DNA of 64,000 nt. It comes from an uncultured Candidatus Saccharibacteria bacterium. GTDB lineage: Bacteria; Patescibacteriota; Minisyncoccia; UBA6257; 2-01-FULL-56-20. The first letter of the stretch is position 1. Every line of letters starts with the position of its first letter. Below are positions 25,849 through 36,751 of the stretch, in pieces. The position numbers and the translations under genes were made by a program. Below the pieces are notes generated by a model that saw only the letters and a program-made list of their open reading frames with translations, did not search any database and was not told where the DNA came from. Location of the stretch: contig CAYHXC010000008.1 of NCBI GenBank assembly GCA_964360585.1, positions 8 through 64,007 of the forward strand. Direction: 5' to 3'.

Positions 25849-27906
25849 TTAGTTTCCGGCGTTAAAGATATCACGCACTTCCGTTGCCGTAAGCGCTTTA
25901 TTATAGACCCTTACCGCATCCAACCGACCAGCAAAAGAAGTGTTGTAGGGGAAATTAAATGGATTGACCGCAGTGGACGATGGCGCCCACGATCCCACAA
26001 ATGATGAGGCTACAGAGTTTCCATTAACATATGCCGCTCCGGTCGTGGGCGAACTAATTACCGCCACAAGATGAGTCCACGCTCCAACAGGCGGGGCATA
26101 CGAAGTAAAGGTGAGCCCGGAAGAAGTAAAATTATCAAACAGCACTGTCGACGCTGAGTTCAAAGCAAATCGAAGCTGCGCATTTTTTCGTACGATTTCT
26201 TTACCGTTCAACACCGAAGTTGGATAGACCCAAACCGATAGAGACAGTGGCGCGGCATCAAAGTCAATGGATGCGGCGTGCGGAACAGAGACATAGTTAT
26301 CACTGCCGTTGAATTCCAAGCAACCACCCTCTTTACAACTGGCGCCTGAAAGCCAAGCCGGACTACCGCTCGCATTTCCAGTATTCCCATTCGCAGTCGC
26401 ATCGGCAACGGGTATGCCAGGCGTATCATTCATTCTCCAGTAACCTTTAAGATTGGCATCGTAGTTCACGGTAAAGAAATTTTCAGTATTAAATTGCAGA
26501 TCCGGATTGGTAACCGTCACACTGCGCACACCAACCGGCGCTGTGCTTGACACATTGATTGTGACATCAATCCGGGTAGAGTTCACGAAAGTCGGCGAAC
26601 CGACATTCGTAATACCGGCTCCGCCAAAGACAACCGTCGCGCCACTCACGAAATCAGCGCCATTAACCTGCACGACAAGATTATTCGTCGCCTGGTTACC
26701 GGCACTTGGTGAGAGCGAGAAAATTGAAGGCGCCGGTGCGGCGGCCGCATTCACGGTAAAGGTACTGGCATTGGAGGTCTGGGTATCAGGATTGGTCACG
26801 GTCACACTTCTCGCGCCCACTGTGGCGCCACCGGCAATGTTGATCGTTACCGTTAAAGTACTGGAGTTTACATATGTCGGCGAGCCCACCTGGGTAATAC
26901 CAGTGCCGCTAAAGAGTACGGTTGGTAAGGAAGGCGTATTCACAAAGTTAGCACCGTTCACGGTGACGACAAGGCTGCTCGATCCTTGGGTGCCGAAATT
27001 CGGGGAAAGCGAGGAAATTGACGGGGCTGGCGCGCCAGGCGCAGTTATCGTGAAAGCATTTGAGGCGGTGTTTGAGGAGTTGTCCAAATTGATAACCTTG
27101 AGATCCCACTGACCAACGGCGGCGCCGGAGATGTTAAATGATCCGCCCGTAATGGTTGTGCCGTTGGTCACGCTAAAACCCGTCCCCGTAATATCGGTCT
27201 GGCCAGTCTTCATAAGTTTAACTGACGCGCCGGACACGAATCCTTGTCCGGAAATCGAGGTAATACTCACCGTGTTGTTATTCACACCGGTTGAAGGAGT
27301 AATTGAATAGACTTGGACGCTTTGCGAGTTGGGACGAAGCGGCGCCACAGTCAAATGATTCCCGATCTCAAGCAAAGTCGTGTCGTCGCCGCCGTCCTGA
27401 ATAAGATCACTGCGGTATCGCTGTGACTCCATCGCGGCATTTAACTCCCAACTACCAGCAACAAAAGTATAGTAGTAACCCGAAGAGGTGGTGTTCGTCG
27501 GATCTATTGGCAGAACCGGAAGATTGGGATTGAATGACATATTCCCAAAGTTCACGGGAAGCCAACCGGTGCCATCAGCGTTCCGGAAGGTTGAACTGGG
27601 GCTACAGTAGAATGTCCAACCCGCAGGTGGCGTCAGGCCTGTATTGGCACAACCGGGATCGGAATCTGGAATGGAAAGATACACGACCGAAGGGGAGCCA
27701 AACGTTGCTCCAGGAATGTCAGTTTGGTAAAGACGAAGGGCGGTGTTGATCATTTGGAGATCTTGAAGACGTCGTGAGTCTCGGGCGGCGCGTAAAAGCT
27801 CAACCGGATTCAAGACAAGGAGAACCACGACCGAAAGCACGGCAATAATACCGATCACTACCAAGAGTTCAATCATGGTGAACCCTTTTTTCGACGCAAA
27901 ATTCAT
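25849..27906 (-). CDS. Type IV pilin-like protein with IPT/TIG-like repeats and C-terminal LamG domain
   Basis: KKGFTMIELLVVIGII prepilin site; three PS.G...VTVTNPD-type repeats; GYWRMND...WTHLV...LDAVRVYNKAL. Confidence 0.9.
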   Translation of the reverse strand: MNFASKKGFTMIELLVVIGIIAVLSVVVLLVLNPVELLRAARDSRRLQDLQMINTALRLYQTDIPGATFGSPSVVYLSIPDSDPGCANTGLTPPAGWTFYCSPSSTFRNADGTGWLPVNFGNMSFNPNLPVLPIDPTNTTSSGYYYTFVAGSWELNAAMESQRYRSDLIQDGGDDTTLLEIGNHLTVAPLRPNSQSVQVYSITPSTGVNNNTVSITSISGQGFVSGASVKLMKTGQTDITGTGFSVTNGTTITGGSFNISGAAVGQWDLKVINLDNSSNTASNAFTITAPGAPAPSISSLSPNFGTQGSSSLVVTVNGANFVNTPSLPTVLFSGTGITQVGSPTYVNSSTLTVTINIAGGATVGARSVTVTNPDTQTSNASTFTVNAAAAPAPSIFSLSPSAGNQATNNLVVQVNGADFVSGATVVFGGAGITNVGSPTFVNSTRIDVTINVSSTAPVGVRSVTVTNPDLQFNTENFFTVNYDANLKGYWRMNDTPGIPVADATANGNTGNASGSPAWLSGASCKEGGCLEFNGSDNYVSVPHAASIDFDAAPLSLSVWVYPTSVLNGKEIVRKNAQLRFALNSASTVLFDNFTSSGLTFTSYAPPVGAWTHLVAVISSPTTGAAYVNGNSVASSFVGSWAPSSTAVNPFNFPYNTSFAGRLDAVRVYNKALTATEVRDIFNAGN

Positions 27907-27932
27907 TATTTTTTTATTATATCACAAATACC

Positions 27933-30900
27933 TTAACCGCCGCTCCGTAGTTTCTCCACAAGGAGCATGAGAAGCTGAAGCAGTCTCGCTTGAAGATCGT
28001 GGAGAAGCGCTTCAAGTTGGGCGCGTGTCCGGATCGGCGTTGTTGTCTGCGGCGTTTTTCCGTACAGTTGATTTAACTTAAGTCGGGTGGCTGGTCCGGC
28101 TAAACCATAGCCAGTGGTGTTGGGGGTGCCACTCGTGACGAGGTTCTGTTTGGTCTGGAATCTCTGGACGGCTTGGATAGTGGCTTGGTCATAAATACCG
28201 GTCGGAGTTCCCGTGTAACTGCCATCATCTATCAGGTACTGCTGGAGGAGGGTGACTTGGGTGTTGACCATGCCCGGGGAGAAGGGACCGGTCAGAGCTT
28301 GCCTGGTGATTGTTGGGGATTGAGGGACTGTCGGCGTGGTTGGAGTAAGCGGTACTAAGGGTGGTGGAATGAAGGGTTGGCCGGGGATACCACCGGTGTT
28401 TCCTGAGGCTCCGGTGTTACCACTCACGGTTGTCTGACCTGCTACAGTAGTTGCCTGTCCTGTGGCCGGGCTACTGTAGTTTGCATTCTGGTCGTAGGAG
28501 TAGAGGGCGTAGAAGTAGGTGACACCATTCACGAGGTTGGTATCGGTAGTGGAAGTACCCGTACCATCGTAGATGGAGATGCCATCAGTTCTTGAAGTTG
28601 GGATACTTCCCTGTTTTCTCACAACCATGGTACGGACAAAATCTGGGTCAGTGGGGTTCACCCAACTCAGTGAGACTTGACGATCAGCGCCTTGAGTTAT
28701 CAGATTGCTTGGTGATCCTGGCGGAGTTGTATCTACCTGAGGCGTAGAAGTTGTTGTCGAGCTTGGCGTGACCGGAAGAGAAAGTGTCGTGAAACTGACG
28801 AGACTGGAAACAGGAGAGAGATTATTTGCATCATCACGTGAGGTAAGCGCAACGGAGTAGGTCGTATTGGGAATGAGGCCAACGAGGGTGTAGGTCTCGG
28901 CTTGTCCCGCCATCTGGGGAGTTGGTTCACCCGTGACTTGCGTCGCCGAGTTATAGCTGAAGGATCCTTGGGTGTACCGGAGATCGTAACTCAAGGCCTG
29001 GCCGAGCAAAAGATCATCCCCTGGCGCCGTCCAGGCAAGAACGGCTGAGGTTTGGGTCGTTGTGGTAACGCGGAGATCGGTTGTCTGACTGGGCGGCAAG
29101 GTATCCGGAATTACATTTATAAGTGTGGCTGCCAGTTGATTAGTAGAGAAACTGAGGTTGTTTGCGGCATCAGCCGATCGAAGTCGTATGTTATACGTAG
29201 TGCCATCCGAGAGATTCTGGAGAGTGACTGAGTGGCTGGTGGTAAGCGACGAGATGAAAGGTGATGACTGGCCATACGTAGTAGTGAGACCATAATCGAT
29301 TTGCGTGGTCGCTGGTTCATTGGTTGTCCAGCTGATCGTTATAGAACTCGTGGTGCCTGATGAAATAATTCCTGAGATCGTGGGCGGAATCGTATCAGGA
29401 AGAGGAATCGTTGAGGTGGTTGTGGTGAGTTTTTCCATAAAGTCTTCTGCAGACCAACCACTGACTCCAGAGTCCCAGTTCACGTTCCACCAGGTGAAGC
29501 CATTAGCAACTGTCGGGCCGCCGGTGACCGTACCCTGCTCATTGTTCTGAAGAAGAGCAAGAGACGTGCCCGAAGTTGATGGAGTTGAACGGACATTCAG
29601 GGGGCCGGAGGAAACATAGACTCTGTCATTTATCTGGAATTTAGCCGGACCGGCAACGTTCGAAACTGTAATCGTAACCGCGTTCGCCGTGGTTCGATTG
29701 CCAGCGGCATCGCGCGCCGTGGCCGTTACGCTGTGCGAGCCATTCACGGTTTGCGCGGTGTCCCAGGAAACAGAGTAAGGGGCAGTTGTATCTTCAGCTC
29801 CGAGATTCGCGCCATCGATAGCGAACTGAACTCCCGCGATGCCTATATTATCAGAGGCAGTAGCGGAAACAGTCGCTGAGCCGAAAAGTGTCGCGCCGGC
29901 GGCCGGAGCGGTCAGTGAAATAGTTGGCGGAACAGTGTCTGTTGTGGGCGTAGACGAGGTGATACTCACCGTGAGGGAAAGCGGACCCGAGACCGTACTC
30001 ATCGGCGTCGGCGTGACACCGTTAAAAGCCTTAGCCGTCCAAAGGTGCGTGCCATTTTGAGCCGCCGAGATATTCCAAGAATACTGATATGGCGCAACCG
30101 TATCAGTGCTGGCCAAAACCGCGCCGTCATAAAACTCCACTTTGCTTATTCCGCTTTCTGGATCGGAAGCCGTGGCCGTAATTATAACGGTCGAAGGAGT
30201 TGCGTATGGAACAGAACTCGAAGGCGCGGAGAGACTGACAATCGGCGGCGTCGAATCACTTCCACCATTCACCGTGTAGCAAAGAACGAGCTGGGTTGAT
30301 CTGTCGCCAGCATACGTTTGAGCGTCCCGGGGAACAAGCGGCGCGAGGTTATCTTCGTTTACTGCCGGCGGGGTGTTGTCGGTGAAGGTGAGTCGTAGGC
30401 CCGTATACCCGGAAAGATTTACATTTGACTGGATAGTGCTCAAGGCCACTGTCTGACGGCCGCTCGCTGTTGGTCTTACAATCGAAGCCGCAAACAGTGG
30501 ATCGGTTGAGTTCACTGAACCATTAGTCCAGTCGGCAGTGGACAGTCCCGCCGACGATGCCCACGGATGCCAGTCGAGAATCATTGACCGCGGTCCTCCG
30601 CCAGCTCCCGCCCAGTACGGCCGGAGATACCCGCCCAGAATTTGTGTGCCCTGAGGCCAAGCTGAACCATCCGGACGCACGGCCGTATTCCAACGCCACA
30701 ATGCCAGTTGTGTCACGTACGGCGAACTGCCCTGATTCTTGCGATTTACATAATCTATGTAATCAGCATAGTAACTAGTTTCGACGATTGGTGAGCCAAG
30801 ATTTGCATAGGTAGTGCCACTTCGCCTCACCGTTCCGTCATCGGCGCTCACCGCGATAGGATAGACGGCTTCCAACTGACCGGCGGGGCACGCGTTTGGA

Positions 30901-33900
30901 AGACTCGTTGGTGGTATGTATCGCGGGGCTGGCGGTATCGGCCATGACAACGGTGTAAATGGTGTGGCGTTTGTTCCTGGCGTATATTCGAAGGCGCCGA
31001 CATCAAGCGCTCCGTTTACCGGCCTCGTCATCGACTGCTTGTCATAGACGTACTGTTGGGTTGGCGTGAGATTATAGCCCCGCGCATCAGATCCCGGATC
31101 AACTCCTTGATCGATCACTGCCGTTGAATTCGCCGTCAAACGATAATCATACGCGCTTTGATTAAGAAGGCTTGGGCTAACCGTCACATTATTTGTCGTC
31201 ACTCGAGCGCCGCCGGCCGGCCAGTTGATGGTTGTTCCCAGCCCCAAGAAAATATTATTCTTGGCCCAAAGAAGCGGGGCCGAACCAAAACCGCGAATAA
31301 AGTTGGCTCCGGTAGCTCGTTCATTCACCAAAGTATTATTCACGACATAGAGCTCGTACGTGGTGGGAGCAGAAGTGGAGCAGGCTGACGAGCCCAGTTC
31401 CGCCGCGTACTTCACCACATCGCCACTATCGGCGTTCGATCCTTTTTGAATCACGTTACCAATGACATAGGTCAGTCCGCCACATGGCAGTTCTATCGGC
31501 ACGCTCGAACCACAGGTGCCAGGATCAGTGCAGTCGTTTATCACGCCATTCGATTCATCCATAAACCGGTTGTAGAGAATTTCATTCGTGCCGGCCCGGC
31601 TCTTCAGCTGATGCCCGACGATCGCGCCGCGACTGTAGTTATTGCGGAAAATGAGCTTGTCATTATTACGGTTCAGATACAGATTATGTGATTGACCGTC
31701 GCCCCAACCGTTTCTAAAGAATTCGGTATTTTCAATCAAGACGGTACCCACTGGCGACGATGTTATCGGCCCGCCTAAAATACCATTATCATTGTCGTGG
31801 AAATAGGAGTTGCGCACCGTGAGGCCCGCCGCTTGCAGACGGATGCCGGCATCATTATCGTCGCCCACCGCCACACCCGAACAGAAGGGATTGTTCAAAC
31901 GCGAAGTGGCACAGGCAAACTCAATAGTATCAACGGTTGTGTTATTGCCGTTCACGACCCAGATACCCTTCCAACTATCCGAACCCAGGCTGGTGGTGAG
32001 ATCGCCATTCGTAATGATCAGCTTCGGCCGGCCGCCTACGCCGCGCAGCGTAATATTCTGGGCGCTCGCCGGCCATCTGGCCAAGGCATATTCATTTTCA
32101 TAGGTCGCGGCATCAATATACACACAGTCATTTGACTGAACGACTGCCGCCGCCTGGCTGATCTTGGTAAACGTTCGCGTCGGACCAACCTGCCGAATCG
32201 TACCGGCACAAGCGCCAATCGGCGGCACATAGATTTCCAGATTTTGTTCTACGCCCCAACCATCCACTCCCGAATCATAATCCACATTCCACCAGGTGAA
32301 ACCATCCGCCACCGTCGGTCCGCCGATAACGGTGCCAACTGCATTCACCGCCTGTGTCCCCAGGACTGTTCCCGAAAGCGAAGCAGTTGATCGGACACTG
32401 AGCGGTCCGACTGAAACATACACTCGGTTGCCCGTCTGAAACTTTGAGGGCGGCGTTACCACATTCGAAACCGTTACAGAAACTGGAGTAGATAGCGCCG
32501 AATTTCCAGCCGCGTCGCGCGCTCGGGCGGAGAGCGCGTGGCTACCGTTCGCTGATTGAGCTGTATTCCAGGAGATACTATAGGGACTGGTCGTGTCTTC
32601 GACTCCAAGATTCGCGCCGTTCAACAAAAACTGCACGCCCACGACACCGACATTATCTGAAGCGTTCGCGGAAACGGTTACTGTTCCGGAAAGCGTCGCG
32701 CCGGCGGTCGGAGCGGTTAGGGACGTGGTCGGCGAGGTTGTGTCCGCGATTGTATCGTTATCATTAATCGTAACGGTGAGCGTAGATGGATTGCCCAACG
32801 TGGCGCCGCCCGTGGGGCTACTCAAGCTAAGCGAAAAAGTCTCGGTGGTTTCAATTGTCGTGTCGTTCAGAATAGGAATGGTTACTTGTTTGGCTGTGAC
32901 ATCGCCGTCAGCAAAAGTTACCGTGCCGGCTTGAGTCGTATAATCCGATCCGGCTAACGCCGTGCCGTTCGTCGTCGAGTAACTGACACTGACCGCGCCT
33001 TGAGAGCCACCGTAACGATTGATGGTGGAAATGGCCGCAGTCGCGCCTTCGGAAACTGTGGTCGCGCTCGCCCCCAACTGCACTGTTCCCGGAGAAGGGG
33101 CAGAAGGAGAGAGTTTAAATGCCCAGGTTTCAACATCGCCCGAACCAATACCACCAGTGCCGCCGGCTCCACCTCCTCGCGTAAGCACGAAGTAAAATTG
33201 TTGGTAAATTAAATCGTACCAGAGCTGAGCATAGCTTAATTCAAATTTATAAAAAGGTGGTTTGATTCCTCCCGCTGGCCCGACGTTCGCCCAAACGCCA
33301 GCGCTATCTAACGTCCACAATTCAAACTTTCCGATGGTCGTATTCGGAACGGCAATAAGAAACTGCTGGCTCTGTGGATCGTATGCCAATGACGCGCCAT
33401 TTCGAGCCACTTCCGAAGGAACAGTTAACTTTGTTGACCATGTTTTCGCGCGGGCATTGTAAAACCAGTAACCGGCGGATGGAAAATATACTAGATGCAA
33501 TTTTCTTACCGAATCATAGGCGGTGTAAATCTCACTCCAATTCCCTGGATAGTCGCTCGGATAGTTCACCTCTTGAACCCAGGCTCCGGTCGTGTAGTTA
33601 AAACTATAAACCTTTCTCACGCTAGATCCGAGAAAAAGCAGAACCGACCCATTGCCATCGCCGTCGGGATCGACATCAGGATCATACGCTAAAGATTTAT
33701 TGCTGACATCAGCCCCTGGCAATGTTCCGCCAACAAGCCGCGTCCACGCTTTTGTGCTAACTTTATACGAATACAGTCCGGCGTCATCATACATCATGAA
33801 TATGTCCCTATCGGGATCGTACACCTGCTTCTGGAATGTATGGGTCGTCCACGGCTTGCCCGTGGGAGAAGCGGTGATCGGATCAGCGCCATTCAAGACG

Positions 33901-35675
33901 TTGCACGCGCCCGCTTCAAGAGATCCTGCCACGCACGTGTTCGGAACGCCATTCCCCCCGCAACAGGCGGGTAAACATTCCGGAGCATATTGCTGTGTCC
34001 AGCGATTCGTCCGCACATCAAATAACTCAACATCATTTCCTGGATGAGACCCGTGTCCGCCGCCGAAATTAAAGAGATAACCGTTGCCATAGGCCACACC
34101 TGAAAATGCCCTGCCGACCGGATGACTAAGCGATATTTGCTGTGTGGGAGTGCATTGATTAAAACTTGCGCCATAATACCTCATCACCGCTGATCCGGTA
34201 TTCAGTTTCACCCAGGTGTTCGGTGTGATGGCGCCTGGCGGAGTTGAAGTTGGTGTAACCACAACCGCCTGTGTCGTCGCGCTCACACTCCCCGATTGAG
34301 CAGAATTATTTCCGGCGGCGTCGGTGGCTTGGACAGTGTAGGAATACGTCGTCGCGGCAGTGAGTCCGAGATCCTGGTATGAGTTTGAGGGAGCCGTGGC
34401 AAGTTGGATGCCATTCCGATACACACGATAACCGGTCACACCCACATTATCCGTGGAAGCAGTCCAAGAAAGATTAATCTGCGAGGTGGAAACCGGCGTA
34501 GCGGAAAGATTAGCGGGCGTTGTTGGAGCTTGCGTGTCTACTGTTGGAGTTGACGCTACCGAAAAAGAAATGGTCGTGTCGTTCGTCGTTACGTTACCGG
34601 CGGTGTCTTGACAGCGGACGTAGTAGAAGTAGGAAGAACCGGCGGCAAGACCAGAAACTGTGGCGGTGTGCGATTGGGAACCGCCGCCAGTCATAACGCT
34701 CGCGATACTCGCGTACACAACATTGGGAGTTGTTCCGTACCTACAGGTCGCTGGCTCATTCGTTGCCACTCCAAGATTTGTCTGGGTTGTACCGAAAATA
34801 AGTTGGCCGCCGGGCGTGGGGTTAGTAACCGAGGGAGGCGTGGTGTCGGCAACAGGAACACCGCCGCCAAAGGCATACAGAGATTGAATCTCACTCAAAG
34901 ACAATGATCGATTATAAATTCTCACATCATCAACGAAACCATTTACTTGACCACCTCCTCCAGGCCGACGACCGATATTTGGCCCCACTCCATTGTCAGT
35001 CAGGACGGGCGAAGCAGAGAGTGATCCATCAACCACGCCGTTCGTATAAATCGTTAGTGTGTTGCCATTATACGTACCAGAGATATGATGCCAGGTATTT
35101 ATTGAAAGCGTTGTGTTGCCGCTCACCACACTCGAACCTGCTCGAAATGAAACTTTGCCATTACTACCAACGGCCAAGAAATATGTTATCGTTCCGCCAT
35201 TATCACGATCAATCACCCGGTGAACAATCGTATTACTGCGTACATTGACCCACGCCGAAAGGGTAACTGTCTGTGGATTGAGAACGGTATTATTCGGAAT
35301 GGAAACATAATCATCCACGCCATCAAGGTTCAAAGCTCCGCCAATTCTCCCACTGGACCAAAGAGGGGTATTGATCAGCGCTCCGGTATTTCCATTTCCG
35401 GAACTATCACTCGCTGTCGTTCCCGATCCCTCATCAAAATTCCAGTAGCCAACTAAACCGCTCGTGGGTGCGACTTGGGCTAGTTGGCTTCCTCCCGGAA
35501 CTCGGGCAAAAAGCGACTGGATCAGTTGAGCAATAGATTGCAGTTGACTAAAAATGCCGGAGAGGTTTCCGGAAACTGATGTCTGGCCAAGTACCGGAAG
35601 CGGCGCAACAAAAACACTCGTCATCAGGACGAGAGTGACAAACATTCTCCGCTTTTTAAAGTTACTTCTCGACAT
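27933..35675 (-). CDS. Giant surface protein, 2580 aa: LamG, FN3, propeller, Calx-beta, Ig, SH3-like, beta-helix, PG-binding
   Basis: Signal peptide; VGYWNFDEGSG, WTASTDNVGVTGY, TALAGSDY, HDNDNGIL...HNLY, TIQAVQRFQ motifs. Confidence 0.92.
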   Translation of the reverse strand: MSRSNFKKRRMFVTLVLMTSVFVAPLPVLGQTSVSGNLSGIFSQLQSIAQLIQSLFARVPGGSQLAQVAPTSGLVGYWNFDEGSGTTASDSSGNGNTGALINTPLWSSGRIGGALNLDGVDDYVSIPNNTVLNPQTVTLSAWVNVRSNTIVHRVIDRDNGGTITYFLAVGSNGKVSFRAGSSVVSGNTTLSINTWHHISGTYNGNTLTIYTNGVVDGSLSASPVLTDNGVGPNIGRRPGGGGQVNGFVDDVRIYNRSLSLSEIQSLYAFGGGVPVADTTPPSVTNPTPGGQLIFGTTQTNLGVATNEPATCRYGTTPNVVYASIASVMTGGGSQSHTATVSGLAAGSSYFYYVRCQDTAGNVTTNDTTISFSVASTPTVDTQAPTTPANLSATPVSTSQINLSWTASTDNVGVTGYRVYRNGIQLATAPSNSYQDLGLTAATTYSYTVQATDAAGNNSAQSGSVSATTQAVVVTPTSTPPGAITPNTWVKLNTGSAVMRYYGASFNQCTPTQQISLSHPVGRAFSGVAYGNGYLFNFGGGHGSHPGNDVELFDVRTNRWTQQYAPECLPACCGGNGVPNTCVAGSLEAGACNVLNGADPITASPTGKPWTTHTFQKQVYDPDRDIFMMYDDAGLYSYKVSTKAWTRLVGGTLPGADVSNKSLAYDPDVDPDGDGNGSVLLFLGSSVRKVYSFNYTTGAWVQEVNYPSDYPGNWSEIYTAYDSVRKLHLVYFPSAGYWFYNARAKTWSTKLTVPSEVARNGASLAYDPQSQQFLIAVPNTTIGKFELWTLDSAGVWANVGPAGGIKPPFYKFELSYAQLWYDLIYQQFYFVLTRGGGAGGTGGIGSGDVETWAFKLSPSAPSPGTVQLGASATTVSEGATAAISTINRYGGSQGAVSVSYSTTNGTALAGSDYTTQAGTVTFADGDVTAKQVTIPILNDTTIETTETFSLSLSSPTGGATLGNPSTLTVTINDNDTIADTTSPTTSLTAPTAGATLSGTVTVSANASDNVGVVGVQFLLNGANLGVEDTTSPYSISWNTAQSANGSHALSARARDAAGNSALSTPVSVTVSNVVTPPSKFQTGNRVYVSVGPLSVRSTASLSGTVLGTQAVNAVGTVIGGPTVADGFTWWNVDYDSGVDGWGVEQNLEIYVPPIGACAGTIRQVGPTRTFTKISQAAAVVQSNDCVYIDAATYENEYALARWPASAQNITLRGVGGRPKLIITNGDLTTSLGSDSWKGIWVVNGNNTTVDTIEFACATSRLNNPFCSGVAVGDDNDAGIRLQAAGLTVRNSYFHDNDNGILGGPITSSPVGTVLIENTEFFRNGWGDGQSHNLYLNRNNDKLIFRNNYSRGAIVGHQLKSRAGTNEILYNRFMDESNGVINDCTDPGTCGSSVPIELPCGGLTYVIGNVIQKGSNADSGDVVKYAAELGSSACSTSAPTTYELYVVNNTLVNERATGANFIRGFGSAPLLWAKNNIFLGLGTTINWPAGGARVTTNNVTVSPSLLNQSAYDYRLTANSTAVIDQGVDPGSDARGYNLTPTQQYVYDKQSMTRPVNGALDVGAFEYTPGTNATPFTPLSWPIPPAPRYIPPTSLPNACPAGQLEAVYPIAVSADDGTVRRSGTTYANLGSPIVETSYYADYIDYVNRKNQGSSPYVTQLALWRWNTAVRPDGSAWPQGTQILGGYLRPYWAGAGGGPRSMILDWHPWASSAGLSTADWTNGSVNSTDPLFAASIVRPTASGRQTVALSTIQSNVNLSGYTGLRLTFTDNTPPAVNEDNLAPLVPRDAQTYAGDRSTQLVLCYTVNGGSDSTPPIVSLSAPSSSVPYATPSTVIITATASDPESGISKVEFYDGAVLASTDTVAPYQYSWNISAAQNGTHLWTAKAFNGVTPTPMSTVSGPLSLTVSITSSTPTTDTVPPTISLTAPAAGATLFGSATVSATASDNIGIAGVQFAIDGANLGAEDTTAPYSVSWDTAQTVNGSHSVTATARDAAGNRTTANAVTITVSNVAGPAKFQINDRVYVSSGPLNVRSTPSTSGTSLALLQNNEQGTVTGGPTVANGFTWWNVNWDSGVSGWSAEDFMEKLTTTTSTIPLPDTIPPTISGIISSGTTSSITISWTTNEPATTQIDYGLTTTYGQSSPFISSLTTSHSVTLQNLSDGTTYNIRLRSADAANNLSFSTNQLAATLINVIPDTLPPSQTTDLRVTTTTQTSAVLAWTAPGDDLLLGQALSYDLRYTQGSFSYNSATQVTGEPTPQMAGQAETYTLVGLIPNTTYSVALTSRDDANNLSPVSSLVSFTTLSLPVTPSSTTTSTPQVDTTPPGSPSNLITQGADRQVSLSWVNPTDPDFVRTMVVRKQGSIPTSRTDGISIYDGTGTSTTDTNLVNGVTYFYALYSYDQNANYSSPATGQATTVAGQTTVSGNTGASGNTGGIPGQPFIPPPLVPLTPTTPTVPQSPTITRQALTGPFSPGMVNTQVTLLQQYLIDDGSYTGTPTGIYDQATIQAVQRFQTKQNLVTSGTPNTTGYGLAGPATRLKLNQLYGKTPQTTTPIRTRAQLEALLHDLQARLLQLLMLLVEKLRSGG

Positions 35676-35726
35676 CTATCGACACCTTAATTTTACTCTA
35701 CTACTACTCAACCGCAAGGGGGAAAA

Positions 35727-35894
35727 CTAGAATCCATCTCAAAAATAGGCACAGGGGTATTCCGTGATAGATTCGAGCGAGAACCATCCGACCCGAGACA
35801 GGAATACCCTATGGTATTTCAAGGAGGGTCGGGTGGGTTTATAGCCGAATCTAGCCGGAAGACTGCGTGATTCTATTTTTGAGATGGGTTCTAG
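35727..35894. mobile_element. 168-bp MITE, copy 2 (inverted)
   Basis: Reverse complement of 19175-19342; one TIR mismatch seen. Confidence 0.9.
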
Positions 35895-35974
35895 CTATTC
35901 ATAAATAAACCTCCACGGCCTAACGCCCATGGTTTTGACAGGGAACTTTGGCATATAAAAAAGCCACCCTTTCA

Positions 35975-36253
35975 TTAGGTGGCCGGAGTCTTTCTCGACA
36001 GGAATTGTCGAATGCGACAGGTCAATATGTCTCCGAAACTTCGGCTATGACTATTTCCGTTCAGCTGTGGCGGTAGGTTGTCCCAACCGCGCAGGTCACT
36101 GTCCATTCGCCAAACAATGATCTGTTCAGCCTGGGCGATTCGTTCAAGATCGTCGTGGTTTCGCTTCTCCTGTCTAAGGAGCGCTCGGTATTCAGCGACA
36201 ACCTCTTTGGTCGGCATTCCGCGAAACTTATTTGCAAGAGCGTTTCTTGGCAT
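35975..36253 (-). CDS. Hypothetical protein
   Basis: 92-aa ORF, purine-rich SD region, terminator overlapping the stop. Confidence 0.6.
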   Translation of the reverse strand: MPRNALANKFRGMPTKEVVAEYRALLRQEKRNHDDLERIAQAEQIIVWRMDSDLRGWDNLPPQLNGNSHSRSFGDILTCRIRQFLSRKTPAT

Positions 36254-36434
36254 TCTTCTTTTCCTTTTGTTTCAACCGCTCTTCGGAATCAGGAGCGGAA
36301 TCAGGATTCGGAAAATCTCCCCATGGATCACCGCATATCATGTGTTCTCACCGAATCTGTGAACTATAAAAAATGTACATCCACGAAACCCAATCGTCAA
36401 TAGTTTCGAGGAGCAAAGAAAAAGCCGATCGCGA

Positions 36435-36671
36435 TCAGCGATGGCTAAGGTCTGTTTCCGGGCCTTCGGGAAGAGCATCTGTTGGATAGCATTTGGAAGT
36501 TGAAGCCTTCCCTTTGCTGGCCTGCTGTGCCCATGTTGCTCCCTCGGTGCAATTTTCTTCTGTGGCGAATAGCTGAGAGGAGGTAAAAACGCTTGGAGCC
36601 ATTGTTCCTCCTTCTCCCACAAACATGAAAAACCAGCCCACAAGCACTGCCGCGTGTAGCAATTGTTTCAT
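36435..36671 (-). CDS. Small secreted protein with two Cys
   Basis: MKQLLHAAVLVGWFF signal-like start after GGGGTG; FATEENC motif. Confidence 0.55.
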   Translation of the reverse strand: MKQLLHAAVLVGWFFMFVGEGGTMAPSVFTSSQLFATEENCTEGATWAQQASKGKASTSKCYPTDALPEGPETDLSHR

Positions 36672-36751
36672 AGCCACCCCCGCCTGTGATCTGATTCCAG
36701 TATAGCACTTTCGACATGAAAATTTTCAGCGAGGAATGATACACTATTTTC

